Assembly (NCBI GenBank): GCA_965249245.1
Contig: CBDFLV010000003.1
Span: forward strand, 87,517 to 151,516
Origin: Acidobacteriota bacterium
GTDB lineage: Bacteria; Acidobacteriota; UBA6911; RPQK01; CBDAPI01
Length of the DNA: 64,000 nucleotides
Direction of reading: 5' to 3'
Shown here: positions 38,565 through 48,296 of the stretch, piece after piece
Layout: each line of letters starts with the position of its first letter
How positions within the stretch are numbered: the stretch's first letter is position 1
Translations under genes and position numbers: made by a program
Notes under the pieces: model-generated
Told to the model about the DNA's origin: nothing
Databases searched by the model: none
Seen by the model: only the letters and a program-made list of their open reading frames with translations

Positions 38565-39809
38565 ATGAGCAAGAAGAACATTGAAGAAAGTGTGGAGTCA
38601 AGAGTTTGTTTCGAGCAGCTGGAAGATTGGGTGCGCGAGAGGATCCAAGGCTGGGTTCAGGAGCTGCTGGAGGAGGAGGTCACGGAGTTATTAGGGCGGC
38701 GTAAGAGTGAGCGGCGAAGAGCCGTGGACACTCCGTCGGGCTATCGCAATGGATATGGCAAGCCGAGGCATCTGACGATGAGCTCGGGGACGATCCAGGT
38801 TCGAAGGCCTCGAGTGCGGGATCTAGAGGAACGCTTTGAAAGTCGGGTGTTGCCGCTGTTTGCCAAGCGGACGCGGCAGGTTCGAGAACTGATCCCTGAG
38901 CTGTACTTGCATGGTCTGGCGCTGGGGGATTTTGATCTGGCTCTGAGAGGGCTCTTAGGGGACAAGGCCGCGCTGTCAGCCTCCACGGTGGCGCGGTTGA
39001 AAGAGAAGTGGCAGGCCGAATGGGAGGTCTGGCAGAGTCGACCGCTGGATGATCTGTAAGTGGTTTATTTGTGGGTAGATGGAATTTACGTCAAGGCGGG
39101 ACTGGAGAAGGAAAAGGCAGTCCTGCTGGTGGTGCTGGCCGCCTTAAGTGACGGCAGCAAAGTAGTCGTGTCGGTCACGAGTGGCTATCGGGAATCGACC
39201 CAGAGCTGGTCGGAAGTACTGCGCGACTTGAAGCAGCGGGGGATGGGTTGTCCGCGCCTGGTGATCGGAGACGGCCACCTGGGCATCTGGGGAGCTTTGC
39301 GCAACGTCTATCCCCAGGCCGAGGAGCAGCGCTGCTGGAATCATCGGATTGTCAACCTGCTGGCCAAGCTCCCCAAGGGAGTGCACAAGCCGGCCTTGCT
39401 GATTCTGCGGCAGATCCCTTACGCCGAGACCCGACAAGAGGCACAACGACTCAAGAAGGTCTTTCAGCACTGGTGCCGGCAGCGAGGACTGACCCTGACG
39501 GCTGAGTTGATCGAGCAGGACTGGGACCGGATGGTGACCTTTTACAACTATCCGAAGAAGCAGTGGCAGCATCTGCGAACAACCAATCCCGTGGAGTCAC
39601 CGTTTGCCGCTCTTCGGCTGCGAACGGACGCGGCCAAGCGGTTCAAGAAAGTGGAAAACGCCCAGGCTGTGATCTGGAAGATGCTGCTGGTGGCGGAGAA
39701 CAGATTCCGCCGTCTGAAGGCACCGGAGCTGATGAAAGACGTCTACCAGGGCGCCGAATATGTCAATGGAGTCCCGGTCAACCAAGTTCCGGAGGAGAAA
39801 GCCGCCTGA
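38565..39809 (+). pseudogene. IS256-family (mutator-type) transposase interrupted by one in-frame TAA at 39057-39059
   Basis: Both pieces are in the same frame (...PLDDL*VVYLWVDGIYVKAG...). DDE region LWVDGIY...; combined ~413 aa. Confidence 0.7.
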
Positions 39810-39850
39810 GCTTTTTTTACACACCTATTGACAAGAGCTCTGCTTCAACT

Positions 39851-41211
39851 CACTGCTGTCCAAATTAGCTGAGATTCGATGATCTACCCCTTGATTTTAT
39901 TGGCGTCTTGGACGGGATTTTCAGTCTTTCATGTCCAGGTCTCCGATGGTGCTGTCCAGATTACGAGAGGGTGAAGGAGGCTTGAGAGCTCTCCGGTAGT
40001 AGGGGTGGAAACTTGAATGGTTGGTTCAACCACCACCACAAGTCTCTATGAACGAACAGGTTCATCCTCAGCAGTGCGGCCAGATTGGACAGTGACCAGT
40101 CAAAGGTTGCTTTGAGCTGCAGAAACTTCAGAATCAGCAGAGCGATCAATGCTGTCCAAATTTGGGTCTTGAGGGCGTTGGCCGAGGTGCCGACGAAGGT
40201 CTTGACCCGTAGATTCTGCTTGAGGGCCTTGAAAAAGAGCTCGATTTGCCAGCGCTCCTTGTAGATTGCGGCAATGGTGGTGGCTCCGAAATCCAGGTGA
40301 TTCGTCAAAAAAACGAGGCGGCCAGAGAGCGGATCTTGGATTTCGACCAGGCGCAAGAAACAGGTTTTGTCCTGGGCGGCCAGTCCGTGAAAGAAAATCA
40401 CCTGGTCACGGACGACTCGACGGTTTTTGGGAAGCGGGCGGTCTTCGAGGACCTCGTAATCGGCACGGTCTTTGAGACGGGTCACAAAGAAGACGCCCTG
40501 ACGGGTCAAGTCCGCATACCAGTTGTAGTCGTTGTAGCCGCGATCAAAGACGACAACGGTGCCGGCGGCAAACTTCAGACGGCGAGCCACGGTGATGTCG
40601 GCCGTGGCTGCCTCGGTGATGTGGGCAAAGACGGGAAGGTAACCGTTGTGGTCCAAGAGTAGATGCAGTTTGACGGCCCCCTTGGTTCGGCAAAAATGAG
40701 CCCAGTCAAACAATTGTGCGCACAGATCGATGACGGTCGCATCCAGACTCAGCAGCGGATTCTTGAAACGAAATCTTCTCTTGCGACGCCCTTCGGTCTC
40801 TCTCAGACAACGATCCAGCAGGCGGTAAAAAACCTTTTTGTACAGTTGCCAGGGTCGATGCTTATTGGCATAGCTGAGGGTGGAGCGCTTGGGAGAAGCG
40901 ATTCCAAGATGATGCAGTTTTCCTTCACAGCTGGCCAGGCCTCCGCAGATCTCCCGCAGGCTATGAGCACGGCCCAGCTGGCAAAACAGCATGGCGACAA
41001 ACTGTCCCCAGCTGCTGAAACCGCGTGCATGGCGCTCGGCTTTGGTCTCCAGGACCAGTTGTTGAAACTCCCAGCGAGGAAAAAGCTGGAGAAGTTGACT
41101 GAAAATGCTGCAAAATCGATTCATGGTCGGGTCCTCCTTGTCCAGTTATTCGATCAACCGAATCTTACGAGGTCGACCCGACCTCTCTTATGGCTAATTT
41201 GGACAAGAGTG
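39851..41211 (-). mobile_element. IS4-family insertion sequence copy 2 (inverted relative to copy 1), 9-bp target duplication GCTTCAACT
   Basis: Target duplication at 39842-39850 and 41212-41220. Confidence 0.85.
39961..41124 (-). CDS. IS4-family DDE transposase (copy 2)
   Basis: 387 aa, ~99% identical to copy 1. Confidence 0.85.
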   Translation of the reverse strand: MNRFCSIFSQLLQLFPRWEFQQLVLETKAERHARGFSSWGQFVAMLFCQLGRAHSLREICGGLASCEGKLHHLGIASPKRSTLSYANKHRPWQLYKKVFYRLLDRCLRETEGRRKRRFRFKNPLLSLDATVIDLCAQLFDWAHFCRTKGAVKLHLLLDHNGYLPVFAHITEAATADITVARRLKFAAGTVVVFDRGYNDYNWYADLTRQGVFFVTRLKDRADYEVLEDRPLPKNRRVVRDQVIFFHGLAAQDKTCFLRLVEIQDPLSGRLVFLTNHLDFGATTIAAIYKERWQIELFFKALKQNLRVKTFVGTSANALKTQIWTALIALLILKFLQLKATFDWSLSNLAALLRMNLFVHRDLWWWLNQPFKFPPLLPESSQASFTLS

Positions 41212-41396
41212 GCTTCAACTCTAGTTTAGTTACTGGTTACCAGTTTCTTGACAATATTCCCTAAGTAGAAACCGGTAACCGGTAACTGCTCGCGTGGTCG
41301 CTAACCCGATTTGGCCACATCCCCCTCTGTGCCAACATGGGTGAGACACTTCTTCCCCACTAAATTAGACTAGAGGGTGAGAAGCTGGATCACACG

Positions 41397-41897
41397 ATGA
41401 TGGTAAACAGGAGCGATAAGAAACTGAGGATTTTGGAGACTTCGGAGCGAAGCGGAGAGGTCCCCAAAATCGGTGCGGAACGGACTGAGCCCGACAGGGT
41501 TCTTCCTAGACCCGATCCGGAAGTTCCCAGCAAGGCCACGCGTCGCCGATTTTCAGCCCGCTATAAGCTCCGGATCCTGGAGCAGGCCGATGGATGTGAA
41601 GAGTCGGGCGGAGTGGGAGCCTTGCTGCGCCGAGAAGGACTTTACTGGTCGAATCTTCAGACCTGGCGACGACAACGCGAGGAAGGAACGCTGCAGGCGC
41701 TGACTCCTCGCAAGCGGGGGCGCAAGTCCAAGCCGGTCAATCCTCTGGATCATCAATTGAGGCAAGTTCAGGCCGAGAATCGGAAGTTGAAGCGCAAGCT
41801 CGAGAAGTTTGAAGCCATGCTGGATCTCCAAAAAAAAGTCTCGCAACTGTTGGGGATCTCTCTGGCGAGCAGCGAAGAGAACGGAGACGAGAGCTGA
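41397..41897 (+). CDS. IS3-family transposase OrfA (HTH + leucine zipper)
   Basis: 166 aa with a basic HTH N-terminus and a coiled coil (LRQVQAENRKLKRKLEKFEAML). Confidence 0.8.
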   Translation: MMVNRSDKKLRILETSERSGEVPKIGAERTEPDRVLPRPDPEVPSKATRRRFSARYKLRILEQADGCEESGGVGALLRREGLYWSNLQTWRRQREEGTLQALTPRKRGRKSKPVNPLDHQLRQVQAENRKLKRKLEKFEAMLDLQKKVSQLLGISLASSEENGDES

Positions 41898-42895
41898 TGG
41901 ACGAAGCTTTGCGATTCTCACAATCCCACGGAGTCCGGGCCGGCTGTCAGGCTCTGGATCTGCCGCCATCCAGTCTGTATCGGGAGAAACTTCGGCGGGA
42001 ACGGCCGGCGATGGATCCTCGACCTCGGCCCGCATCCCCACGCGCCTTGAGCCCGCCCGAGAAGGAAGCTGTCGTGGAGGTCCTGCACAGCCAGCGGTTT
42101 GTCGACAAAGCTCCCGCCACAGTGTGGGCGGAGCTACTGGATGAAGGGCGATACTTGTGCTCGATCCGAACCATGTATCGCATTCTGTCCCAACGTCTGG
42201 AAGTCAAGGAGCGTCGCCGCCAGCGCCGCCATCCCCAATACGCCAAGCCAGAACTCCTGGCCACCGGCCCCAACCAATGTTGGTCATGGGACATCACCAA
42301 GCTCAAGGGTCCCGTCAAATGGAGTTATTACTACCTCTATGTGGTTCTGGATATCTTCAGCCGCTACGTGGTGGGCTGGATGGTGGCCACCCAGGAGAAC
42401 TCACGCCTGGCCAAGGCTTTGATCGCCCAGAGCTACTCCAAGCAGGCGATCGTGTCGGGAGATCTCACCCTCCATGCTGATCGAGGGTCGTCGATGAGTT
42501 CCAAGGCACTGGCCTTGCTGCTGGCCGATCTGGGAGTGACCAAGTCTCACTCTCGGCCTCACGTCTGTGACGACAATCCCTACTCGGAGGCCCAATTCAA
42601 GACCCTCAAGTACCGGCCCGAATTCCCGGCTCGATTCGGCACCATCCAGCAAGCCAGAACCTTTTGCCGGGAGTTCTTCGATTGGTATAACCGCGACCAT
42701 CGCCATTCGGGTATCGGCCTGCACACTCCCGAGGACGTGCACTACCTCACCGCCATCGCCACACGTCGCAATCGAGCCCAAACACTGGAGGCCGCCCATG
42801 CACTCTTCCAGGAGAGATTTCCCAATGGCAAACCCGTTCCTCCCGCTCTTCCAGAGGCGGTTTGGATCAACCCTCCCGAAAAGAAGGACCCCTGA
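41897..42895 (+). CDS. IS3-family transposase OrfB (rve integrase core, DDE)
   Basis: 332 aa with the rve motifs WSWDITKL...LDIFSRYVVGW and a C-terminal integrase core. In the -1 frame relative to orfA. Confidence 0.8.
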   Translation: MDEALRFSQSHGVRAGCQALDLPPSSLYREKLRRERPAMDPRPRPASPRALSPPEKEAVVEVLHSQRFVDKAPATVWAELLDEGRYLCSIRTMYRILSQRLEVKERRRQRRHPQYAKPELLATGPNQCWSWDITKLKGPVKWSYYYLYVVLDIFSRYVVGWMVATQENSRLAKALIAQSYSKQAIVSGDLTLHADRGSSMSSKALALLLADLGVTKSHSRPHVCDDNPYSEAQFKTLKYRPEFPARFGTIQQARTFCREFFDWYNRDHRHSGIGLHTPEDVHYLTAIATRRNRAQTLEAAHALFQERFPNGKPVPPALPEAVWINPPEKKDP

Positions 42896-42929
42896 GATGA
42901 CGCTACTGTAATTTATTCACCAAAGTGTC

Positions 42930-44090
42930 TCAAAGTTGTTGACACGTTCCGTCCTCGTAAACCTGGCGAGTTTCTGCGGCTGCCCGTGACCAGGAAAAGC
43001 GCCTGGCGTTGTCGATCGACCGGCCTGCCAGTTCCTGGCGCAGGTCTTGACTGTCGAGGAGCCGGCGCAGGGCCGCGGCGATGGCGGTGGGACTTGGACC
43101 ATCCAGCATCAGGGCTGCCTCGCCGGCAACCTCTATCAGAGAGGAGTTGGCGGAGGTGATGACGGGGGATCCGCAGGCCATGGCCTCGACCACGGGCAAT
43201 CCGAACCCCTCGTGAAGTGAGGGATAAAGTGTCGCCTCGGCCAAGCCGTACAGGGCAGGCAAATCCGCAAACTCCACATATCCAGGGAGCCTGACCGCGC
43301 TTTTCAAGCCCAGAGTCTCGATCGTTTCTCGAACCTGCCGGATGCCCCAGCCCCACTTCCCGGCCAGAACCAGACCGAGTTCCGAATTCTTGCCCTCCAG
43401 CACCCTGGAAAAGGCCTGAATCAGGCTGACCAGATTTTTTCGCGGCTCGATGGTGCCGACGTGGAGGAGAAAACGCTCCGGCAAATGGTAGCGACTTCTT
43501 ACCTGGCGAAGAGTCTCGCGGTCATGGATGGGCCGAAAGGCGGGAGCTGCCGCCTCCCGGACTACCACAACCTGCCGGGAAGGGACCGCCAGAATCGAAC
43601 AGATATTGCGGCGACTGCTTTCTGAAACAGCAATGACTGCTTGAGCTCGCCTGGCGCAGCGCCGAACCAGCCACCGGGTCAAACGCCGCCGGCGAGGGTG
43701 GAGGCGGGGGAAGAGCTCCAGGCTCATGTCGTGAATGGTCAAGACCGTAGGGACGGTCGACCGGAGCGGACAAATTGAGTTGGTGAAATGTGCCACATCC
43801 GGACCCAGTTGTCGAAGAAGTATCGGTGCTGTCAGCTGAATCCAGGGTATTCGCCAGGGAATCTCTCCCCCTGCGTCCAGCCCTTGAACCGTGGGAAGTG
43901 GATCCGACAGGGAGAGCGGTTGGTTCGAGATCACGACCCACTCGTCTTCTGTGAATTCCGCCGTCAGGTGGCTCAGGAGATGTTCTGTGTAGTATCCGAT
44001 TCCCGTCCTGCCCGGAGTCAGAGTCGTCCCGTCGAATGCGATTTTCACTGGAGAAGTTCCACCTTCACGTTCCAAGTTCCAACGTTCCAA
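42930..44090 (-). CDS. glycosyltransferase family 1 (GT4-like)
   Basis: GT-B fold with the C-terminal EGFGLPVVEAMACGSPVI motif. The stop codon TGA is formed by the terminal TGA of the IS3 right IR. Confidence 0.8.
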   Translation of the reverse strand: MERWNLEREGGTSPVKIAFDGTTLTPGRTGIGYYTEHLLSHLTAEFTEDEWVVISNQPLSLSDPLPTVQGLDAGGEIPWRIPWIQLTAPILLRQLGPDVAHFTNSICPLRSTVPTVLTIHDMSLELFPRLHPRRRRLTRWLVRRCARRAQAVIAVSESSRRNICSILAVPSRQVVVVREAAAPAFRPIHDRETLRQVRSRYHLPERFLLHVGTIEPRKNLVSLIQAFSRVLEGKNSELGLVLAGKWGWGIRQVRETIETLGLKSAVRLPGYVEFADLPALYGLAEATLYPSLHEGFGLPVVEAMACGSPVITSANSSLIEVAGEAALMLDGPSPTAIAAALRRLLDSQDLRQELAGRSIDNARRFSWSRAAAETRQVYEDGTCQQL

Positions 44091-44178
44091 ACCTCCAACG
44101 TTCCAGGAACTTTCAACCTTTAACCTTCAACCTTCAACTTTCACCTCCCAGCTTCCAACCTTCAACCTTTAACCTGTA
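44055..44178. repeat. TTCCAACG / TTCAACCTT microrepeat tract in the divergent promoter region between the GT and SDR genes
   Basis: ttccaagttccaacgttccaaacctccaacgttcc...ctttcaacctttaaccttcaaccttcaactttcacc...ccttcaacctttaacc. Confidence 0.5.
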
Positions 44179-44189
44179 TAGTCCCGAGT

Positions 44190-44960
44190 ATGAGCTTAGA
44201 AGGAAAAGTTGCAGTGGTGACGGGTGGTGGTTCGGGCATCGGGAGGGCGATTGCTCTGACGCTGAGCAGGGAAGGAGCTCGCGTGGTGGTCTGTGGCCGT
44301 GGCCGGGAAGCCCTGGATGAAACCGTTGAGCTGGTGCGGTCGGCGGAAGGCTCAGCGGAGTCGCTGACCTCGGATGTGACTTCCCCCGACGAAGTCGCCG
44401 ACCTGTTCAGCAGGGTTGGAAGGGATAGGGAAAAAATCGATATCCTGGTGAATAATGCGGGTCTGGGGGGCGCCAATCCGATCGGCGATTCCAGCGATGA
44501 GCACTGGAGGGCAGTCATTTCTACCAATCTCCACGGGCCGTTTTACTGCAGCCGGGCAGCCTTGCCCTGGATTCCGCAGGACGGCCGCATCGTGAACATC
44601 TCCTCCATTCTGGGGAGGTTTGGCGTACCGGGTTACACGGCCTACTGTACCAGTAAGCACGGACTGATCGGTTTCACACGGGCTCTGGCCCTCGAATTGG
44701 CGCCTCGGCGAATCACGGTCAACGCTATCTGCCCTGGGTGGGTGGAGACCGACATGGCTCTGCTGGGAATGGAAAGCGGGGCTGAGGCGGCCGGGATTAC
44801 TTACGAGGAGTTTCGTCACGGTGCGCTGGAACAGGTCCCGCTCAAGGAAATGATTCAGCCCGAGGAGGTTGGTGAACTGGTCTGCTTTCTGAGCTCGAAC
44901 CGGGCCAGAAACATCACCGGCCAGTCCTACAACCTGTGCGGCGGCCAGGTGATGAACTGA
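44190..44960 (+). CDS. SDR-family oxidoreductase (3-oxoacyl-ACP reductase-like)
   Basis: TGGGSGIGRAIA Rossmann motif and a YxxxK active site (YCTSK). Confidence 0.85.
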   Translation: MSLEGKVAVVTGGGSGIGRAIALTLSREGARVVVCGRGREALDETVELVRSAEGSAESLTSDVTSPDEVADLFSRVGRDREKIDILVNNAGLGGANPIGDSSDEHWRAVISTNLHGPFYCSRAALPWIPQDGRIVNISSILGRFGVPGYTAYCTSKHGLIGFTRALALELAPRRITVNAICPGWVETDMALLGMESGAEAAGITYEEFRHGALEQVPLKEMIQPEEVGELVCFLSSNRARNITGQSYNLCGGQVMN

Positions 44961-45510
44961 TGCGATCTGATCGGACCACGGAGGGTCCTCCTACACTGGA
45001 AATGTCACGGCCGGCGAAGAGATCTGATCGGATCACGGAGGGTCCTCCTACACTGGAAATGTTGCGGGTCGGCGAAGAGATCTGATCGGACCACGGAGGG
45101 TCCTCCTACACTGGAAATGTTGCGGGCCGGCAAAGAGATCTGATCGGATCACGGAGGGTCCTCCTACACTGGAAATGTTGCGGGTCGGCGAAGAGATCTG
45201 ATCGGACCACGGAGGGTCCTCCTACACTGGAAATGTTGCGGGTCGGCGAAGAGTGGGAGCCGCCTCCGCGCGGCGATCTGATCGGATCACCGAGGGTCCT
45301 CCTACACTGGAAATGTCACGGCCGGCGAAGAGATCTGATCGGACCACGGAGGGTCCTCCTACACTGGAAATGTTGCGGGTCGGCGAAGAGTGGGAGCCGC
45401 CTCCGCGCGGCGATCTGATCGGATCACCGAGGGTCCTCCTACACTGGGAATGTTGCGGGTCGGCGAAGAGATCTGATCGGACTACGGAGGGTCCTCCTGC
45501 ACCGAGGGTC
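44961..45510. repeat. tandem array of ~9 units of a 57-bp repeat (GATCTGATCGGAYCACGGAGGGTCCTCCTACACTGGAAATGTYRCGGGYCGGCGAAGA), two units carrying a 22-bp insert GTGGGAGCCGCCTCCGCGCGGC
   Basis: Units counted directly; two alternating unit variants. Each unit contains a potential hairpin GGACC-acggag-GGTCC. The array abuts the transketolase stop codon. Confidence 0.85.
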
Positions 45511-47385
45511 TCACGAGAGCAACCCTTCAACGGTATCGGCAATCGAGTCGGCAGTCAGGCCGTACATCCGCATCAGCTCTCTACCGGGCCCGGAGCGAGG
45601 CACGCCCGTCACGGCAATTTTGTGATAGCGCCCGGGAGTATTGGCAATGGCACCCAGAACCGCTTCACCCAGCCCGCCCTCCGGATAATGATCTTCGATC
45701 GTCACCACAAGTCCGGTCTCCCGGGCAGCCTCTCGCAGGGTCTCGGCATCGACGGGCTTGACGCTGTACAGGTCGATGACTCGGACCGGGATTCCTCGAT
45801 CGGCCAGCAGTTCACAGGCATGCAGAGCCTCATGCAGGGTGGCACCTGCCCCCACCAGGGTGGCCCGATCGCCATCGCTGCGTCGCAGCACATGGCTGCC
45901 TCCAAGATGGAATTCCGTGTCATTGTCGTAGATCAGATCCGTCTTGGGCCGGGTCGTCCGAATGTAAACAATTCCCGGGGTTTCTGCTGCAATGCCCACC
46001 AGGCGGTGGGCAGAGACCGCATCCGACGGATAGAGAACCGATGAGCCTGCAATGGCCCGCATCATGGCAATGTCTTCCAGTGCCATCTGGGAAGGGCCGT
46101 CGGGACCGATGCTCACGCCGCAGTGTGACCCGCAAAGCTTGAAATTCGCCCGGGAGACCGCTCCCATTCGGATCTGGTCGTAGGCCCTGGTCAAGAAGCA
46201 GGCGAAGGTGGAGGCAAAAGGGATCTTGCCCATAGTGCTCAGCCCGACGGCGACACCCACCATGTTCTGTTCCGCGATGAAGCACTCCACAAAGCGCTCT
46301 GGAAACTCGTTCAAGAACTCCTGAGAATAGGTCGAATTCTTGGTGTCGCCATCCAGCGCCACCACCCCGGGAGCAACTCTGCCCAACTCAGCCAGGGCCT
46401 TTCCGTAAGCCTGCCGAGTCGCCAGATGAGTGTCGGCCGGAAAGTCCGGCGCAGGCATGGCGGAAGCTGCGGGCACCTCGTGCTGCTCCCTCTCCGGAGC
46501 CCTCACTGTTAGAGGCTCCGCGAGCTCGAGATCGTCTCCGATTTCTGCCAGAGCCTGTTCCAGCATTTCGCCCTGGGGAACCGGTTTGCCATGCCAGCCG
46601 TCCCTGTCCTCCATGAAGGAAACGCCTTTCCCCTTCCGAGTATCGGCCACGATTGCGTAAGGGGTTCCTCGATTGGCCCTGGCCCGGTCCAGGGCAGCCA
46701 GGATCGCGGACACATCGTGCCCATCGACGACCTCCGTGGCCCAGCCGAAGGAGCGAAAGCGCTGCTCGTAAAGCCCGACGTCATCACCGTACATGGTCTT
46801 CTCACTCTGACCAAAACGATTGATGTCGAGGATCGCAATCAGATTGTCAACGCCCCGGTGGCTGGCGAGCATGGCTGCTTCCCACACGGCTCCCTCAGCA
46901 AGTTCCCCATCTCCGGTCAGCACGTAGACCCTCGAATCCCGCCCGTCCATCCTGGCGCTGATGGCCATCCCTAAAGCGATGGACAATCCCTGTCCCAGGC
47001 TGCCCGTAGCAACATCCGCCCAGGCGCTTCGGGGCGTCGGATGCCCCTCCAGTGGACTGTCAATTTTGCGCAGGTTGAGCAGCTCCGAAACCGGAAAAGC
47101 ACCGGCCTCGGCCCAGGCTGCCCAGACAATGGGAACGCCGTGACCTTTGGAAAGAACAAAGCGGTCATTGAGCAAACTCTTCGGATTCTGTACATCAAAG
47201 CGGAGGGCGTAAAAGAACAGACCCGAGATCAGCTCTGCACAGGAGAGACAGGTGGATGGATGTCCCGATCCTGCCTCCGAAGTCGAGACGACCGAATGCC
47301 TGCGCAGCCGGTTTGCCATGACCTCGAGAGAACTGACCAGTGAAGCTGAATGGGGATTTGTGGGAGGAATGGTTTGCTCGCTCAT
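45511..47385 (-). CDS. tkt: transketolase
   Basis: 624 aa; TPP-binding N-terminus (SGHPSTCLSCAELISGLF, GHG) plus Pyr and C-terminal domains. Confidence 0.9.
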   Translation of the reverse strand: MSEQTIPPTNPHSASLVSSLEVMANRLRRHSVVSTSEAGSGHPSTCLSCAELISGLFFYALRFDVQNPKSLLNDRFVLSKGHGVPIVWAAWAEAGAFPVSELLNLRKIDSPLEGHPTPRSAWADVATGSLGQGLSIALGMAISARMDGRDSRVYVLTGDGELAEGAVWEAAMLASHRGVDNLIAILDINRFGQSEKTMYGDDVGLYEQRFRSFGWATEVVDGHDVSAILAALDRARANRGTPYAIVADTRKGKGVSFMEDRDGWHGKPVPQGEMLEQALAEIGDDLELAEPLTVRAPEREQHEVPAASAMPAPDFPADTHLATRQAYGKALAELGRVAPGVVALDGDTKNSTYSQEFLNEFPERFVECFIAEQNMVGVAVGLSTMGKIPFASTFACFLTRAYDQIRMGAVSRANFKLCGSHCGVSIGPDGPSQMALEDIAMMRAIAGSSVLYPSDAVSAHRLVGIAAETPGIVYIRTTRPKTDLIYDNDTEFHLGGSHVLRRSDGDRATLVGAGATLHEALHACELLADRGIPVRVIDLYSVKPVDAETLREAARETGLVVTIEDHYPEGGLGEAVLGAIANTPGRYHKIAVTGVPRSGPGRELMRMYGLTADSIADTVEGLLS

Positions 47386-47665
47386 GGCGTCTTAGTGTAG
47401 TGACGGCACGGCCGCCCATCAACCCCGGAAAAATGTAATCAGGCCAACGGGGAGACTCGGCCCGCCCGTCTATAATAGAAGATGGAGCAAGTTCCGAGCC
47501 GGCTTCTCTGTCCGGTTCTAAGTTTCAGAAAACGGAGCACCAAATGCAGGAAATTGTTCGTCATAGTCACATCCCGGCGCGCCATCGGCTGGAGGGATGT
47601 CACAGGAGGCTGGCAGCCCGTGGTGAAAGTCCCACGGGTCAGGTTGCCGGAGCCGTGGGTCCCGA

Positions 47666-48181
47666 ATGCTGAAGGCGGGTGAGTCTCTACCCGATTTTGA
47701 GGCGAGGCGTTTGCCGGGCCACGCCCAGGGGTTCTGGGGTGGGGCGCCGGCAATCATCTCCAGCCGCGATTTGACTTCGAGTTCCCCCGCGTTCCTGGCC
47801 GTGGTCAAAAGAGATTGCCCGACCTGCCTGTACGCGCTGCCCTATTTCGAGAGGCTCTACCGCCTGCACGGCAGGTTTGCGCCCGTGATCCTGCTGGCCC
47901 AGGAGAGCGAGGTCGGGGCCGGGAAGATGATCGAAGACAACCAATTGGAAACCCCCCTTCTCCTCGACGACGAGCCCCATTCCATAGGAGAAGAGATGGA
48001 AGTGAGCTTCGTTCCGGCCTGTCTGCTGATCTCTAGAGGCGGTGAAATCGAGTTGAGCTTCGAGTCATTCGAGAGGGAGGCCCTGAGCGAGATTCACGAA
48101 CGGTTGAGCCGGCTGAACGGACGACCCGAGACGGTTTTCTATCGGCAGGACGAAGTGGTCGATGCTTTTCGACCGGGATGA
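47666..48181 (+). CDS. thioredoxin-like (redoxin/TlpA-type) protein
   Basis: CPTC (CxxC) motif in a thioredoxin-fold context. Confidence 0.5.
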   Translation: MLKAGESLPDFEARRLPGHAQGFWGGAPAIISSRDLTSSSPAFLAVVKRDCPTCLYALPYFERLYRLHGRFAPVILLAQESEVGAGKMIEDNQLETPLLLDDEPHSIGEEMEVSFVPACLLISRGGEIELSFESFEREALSEIHERLSRLNGRPETVFYRQDEVVDAFRPG

Positions 48182-48296
48182 CAGAGTCGCAATGCTGCTT
48201 AGCCGTGTCGCTGGGCGACTCAAGGAGAAGAGGAACTGAGTTGGGAAAGGGGGCTGTCGGAGAAATTGAAAAATGGCAGGCTTCCCGGCATAGGAA

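Larger units (their letters stand above)
37090..39840 (+). mobile_element. IS256-family element (degenerate), interrupted in its left IR by IS4 copy 1; ~26-bp terminal inverted repeats GAGCT..N10-11..GGTGTGTAAA; 7-8-bp target duplication (G)GCTTCAA
   Basis: The left end (gagctaccatcagaaggtgtgtaaat) and the right end (tttttacacacctattgacaagagctc) are inverted complements. The transposase carries an in-frame TAA. Confidence 0.55.
41342..42932 (+). mobile_element. IS3-family insertion sequence (~1.59 kb) with TGAGACACTT...AAGTGTCTCA termini
   Basis: OrfA/orfB are arranged in 0/-1 frames with an A8G slippery run at 41826-41835. The imperfect inverted repeats end TG...CA. Confidence 0.75.

Noticed and set aside
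37119-41211. Composite transposon (IS4-IS256-IS4) moving as one unit
   Set aside because: Each IS4 copy has its own matching 9-bp target duplication on both of its sides. The outer flanks of the pair do not match each other.
44961-45510. Possible CRISPR array
   Set aside because: All units are near-identical 57-mers. There are no unique spacers, no cas genes nearby, and the periodicity does not resemble a CRISPR array.
45253-46044. 263-aa ORF running through the tandem repeats into tkt antisense
   Set aside because: A translation artefact of the repeats (a repeating TEGPPTLEM peptide). It is antisense to a well-supported transketolase.
47620-47665. Hairpin GTCCCACGG...CCGTGGGTC just upstream of the thioredoxin-like start
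   Set aside because: 8/9-bp stem with a 15-nt loop. Plausible as a 5'-UTR structure but too generic to call.
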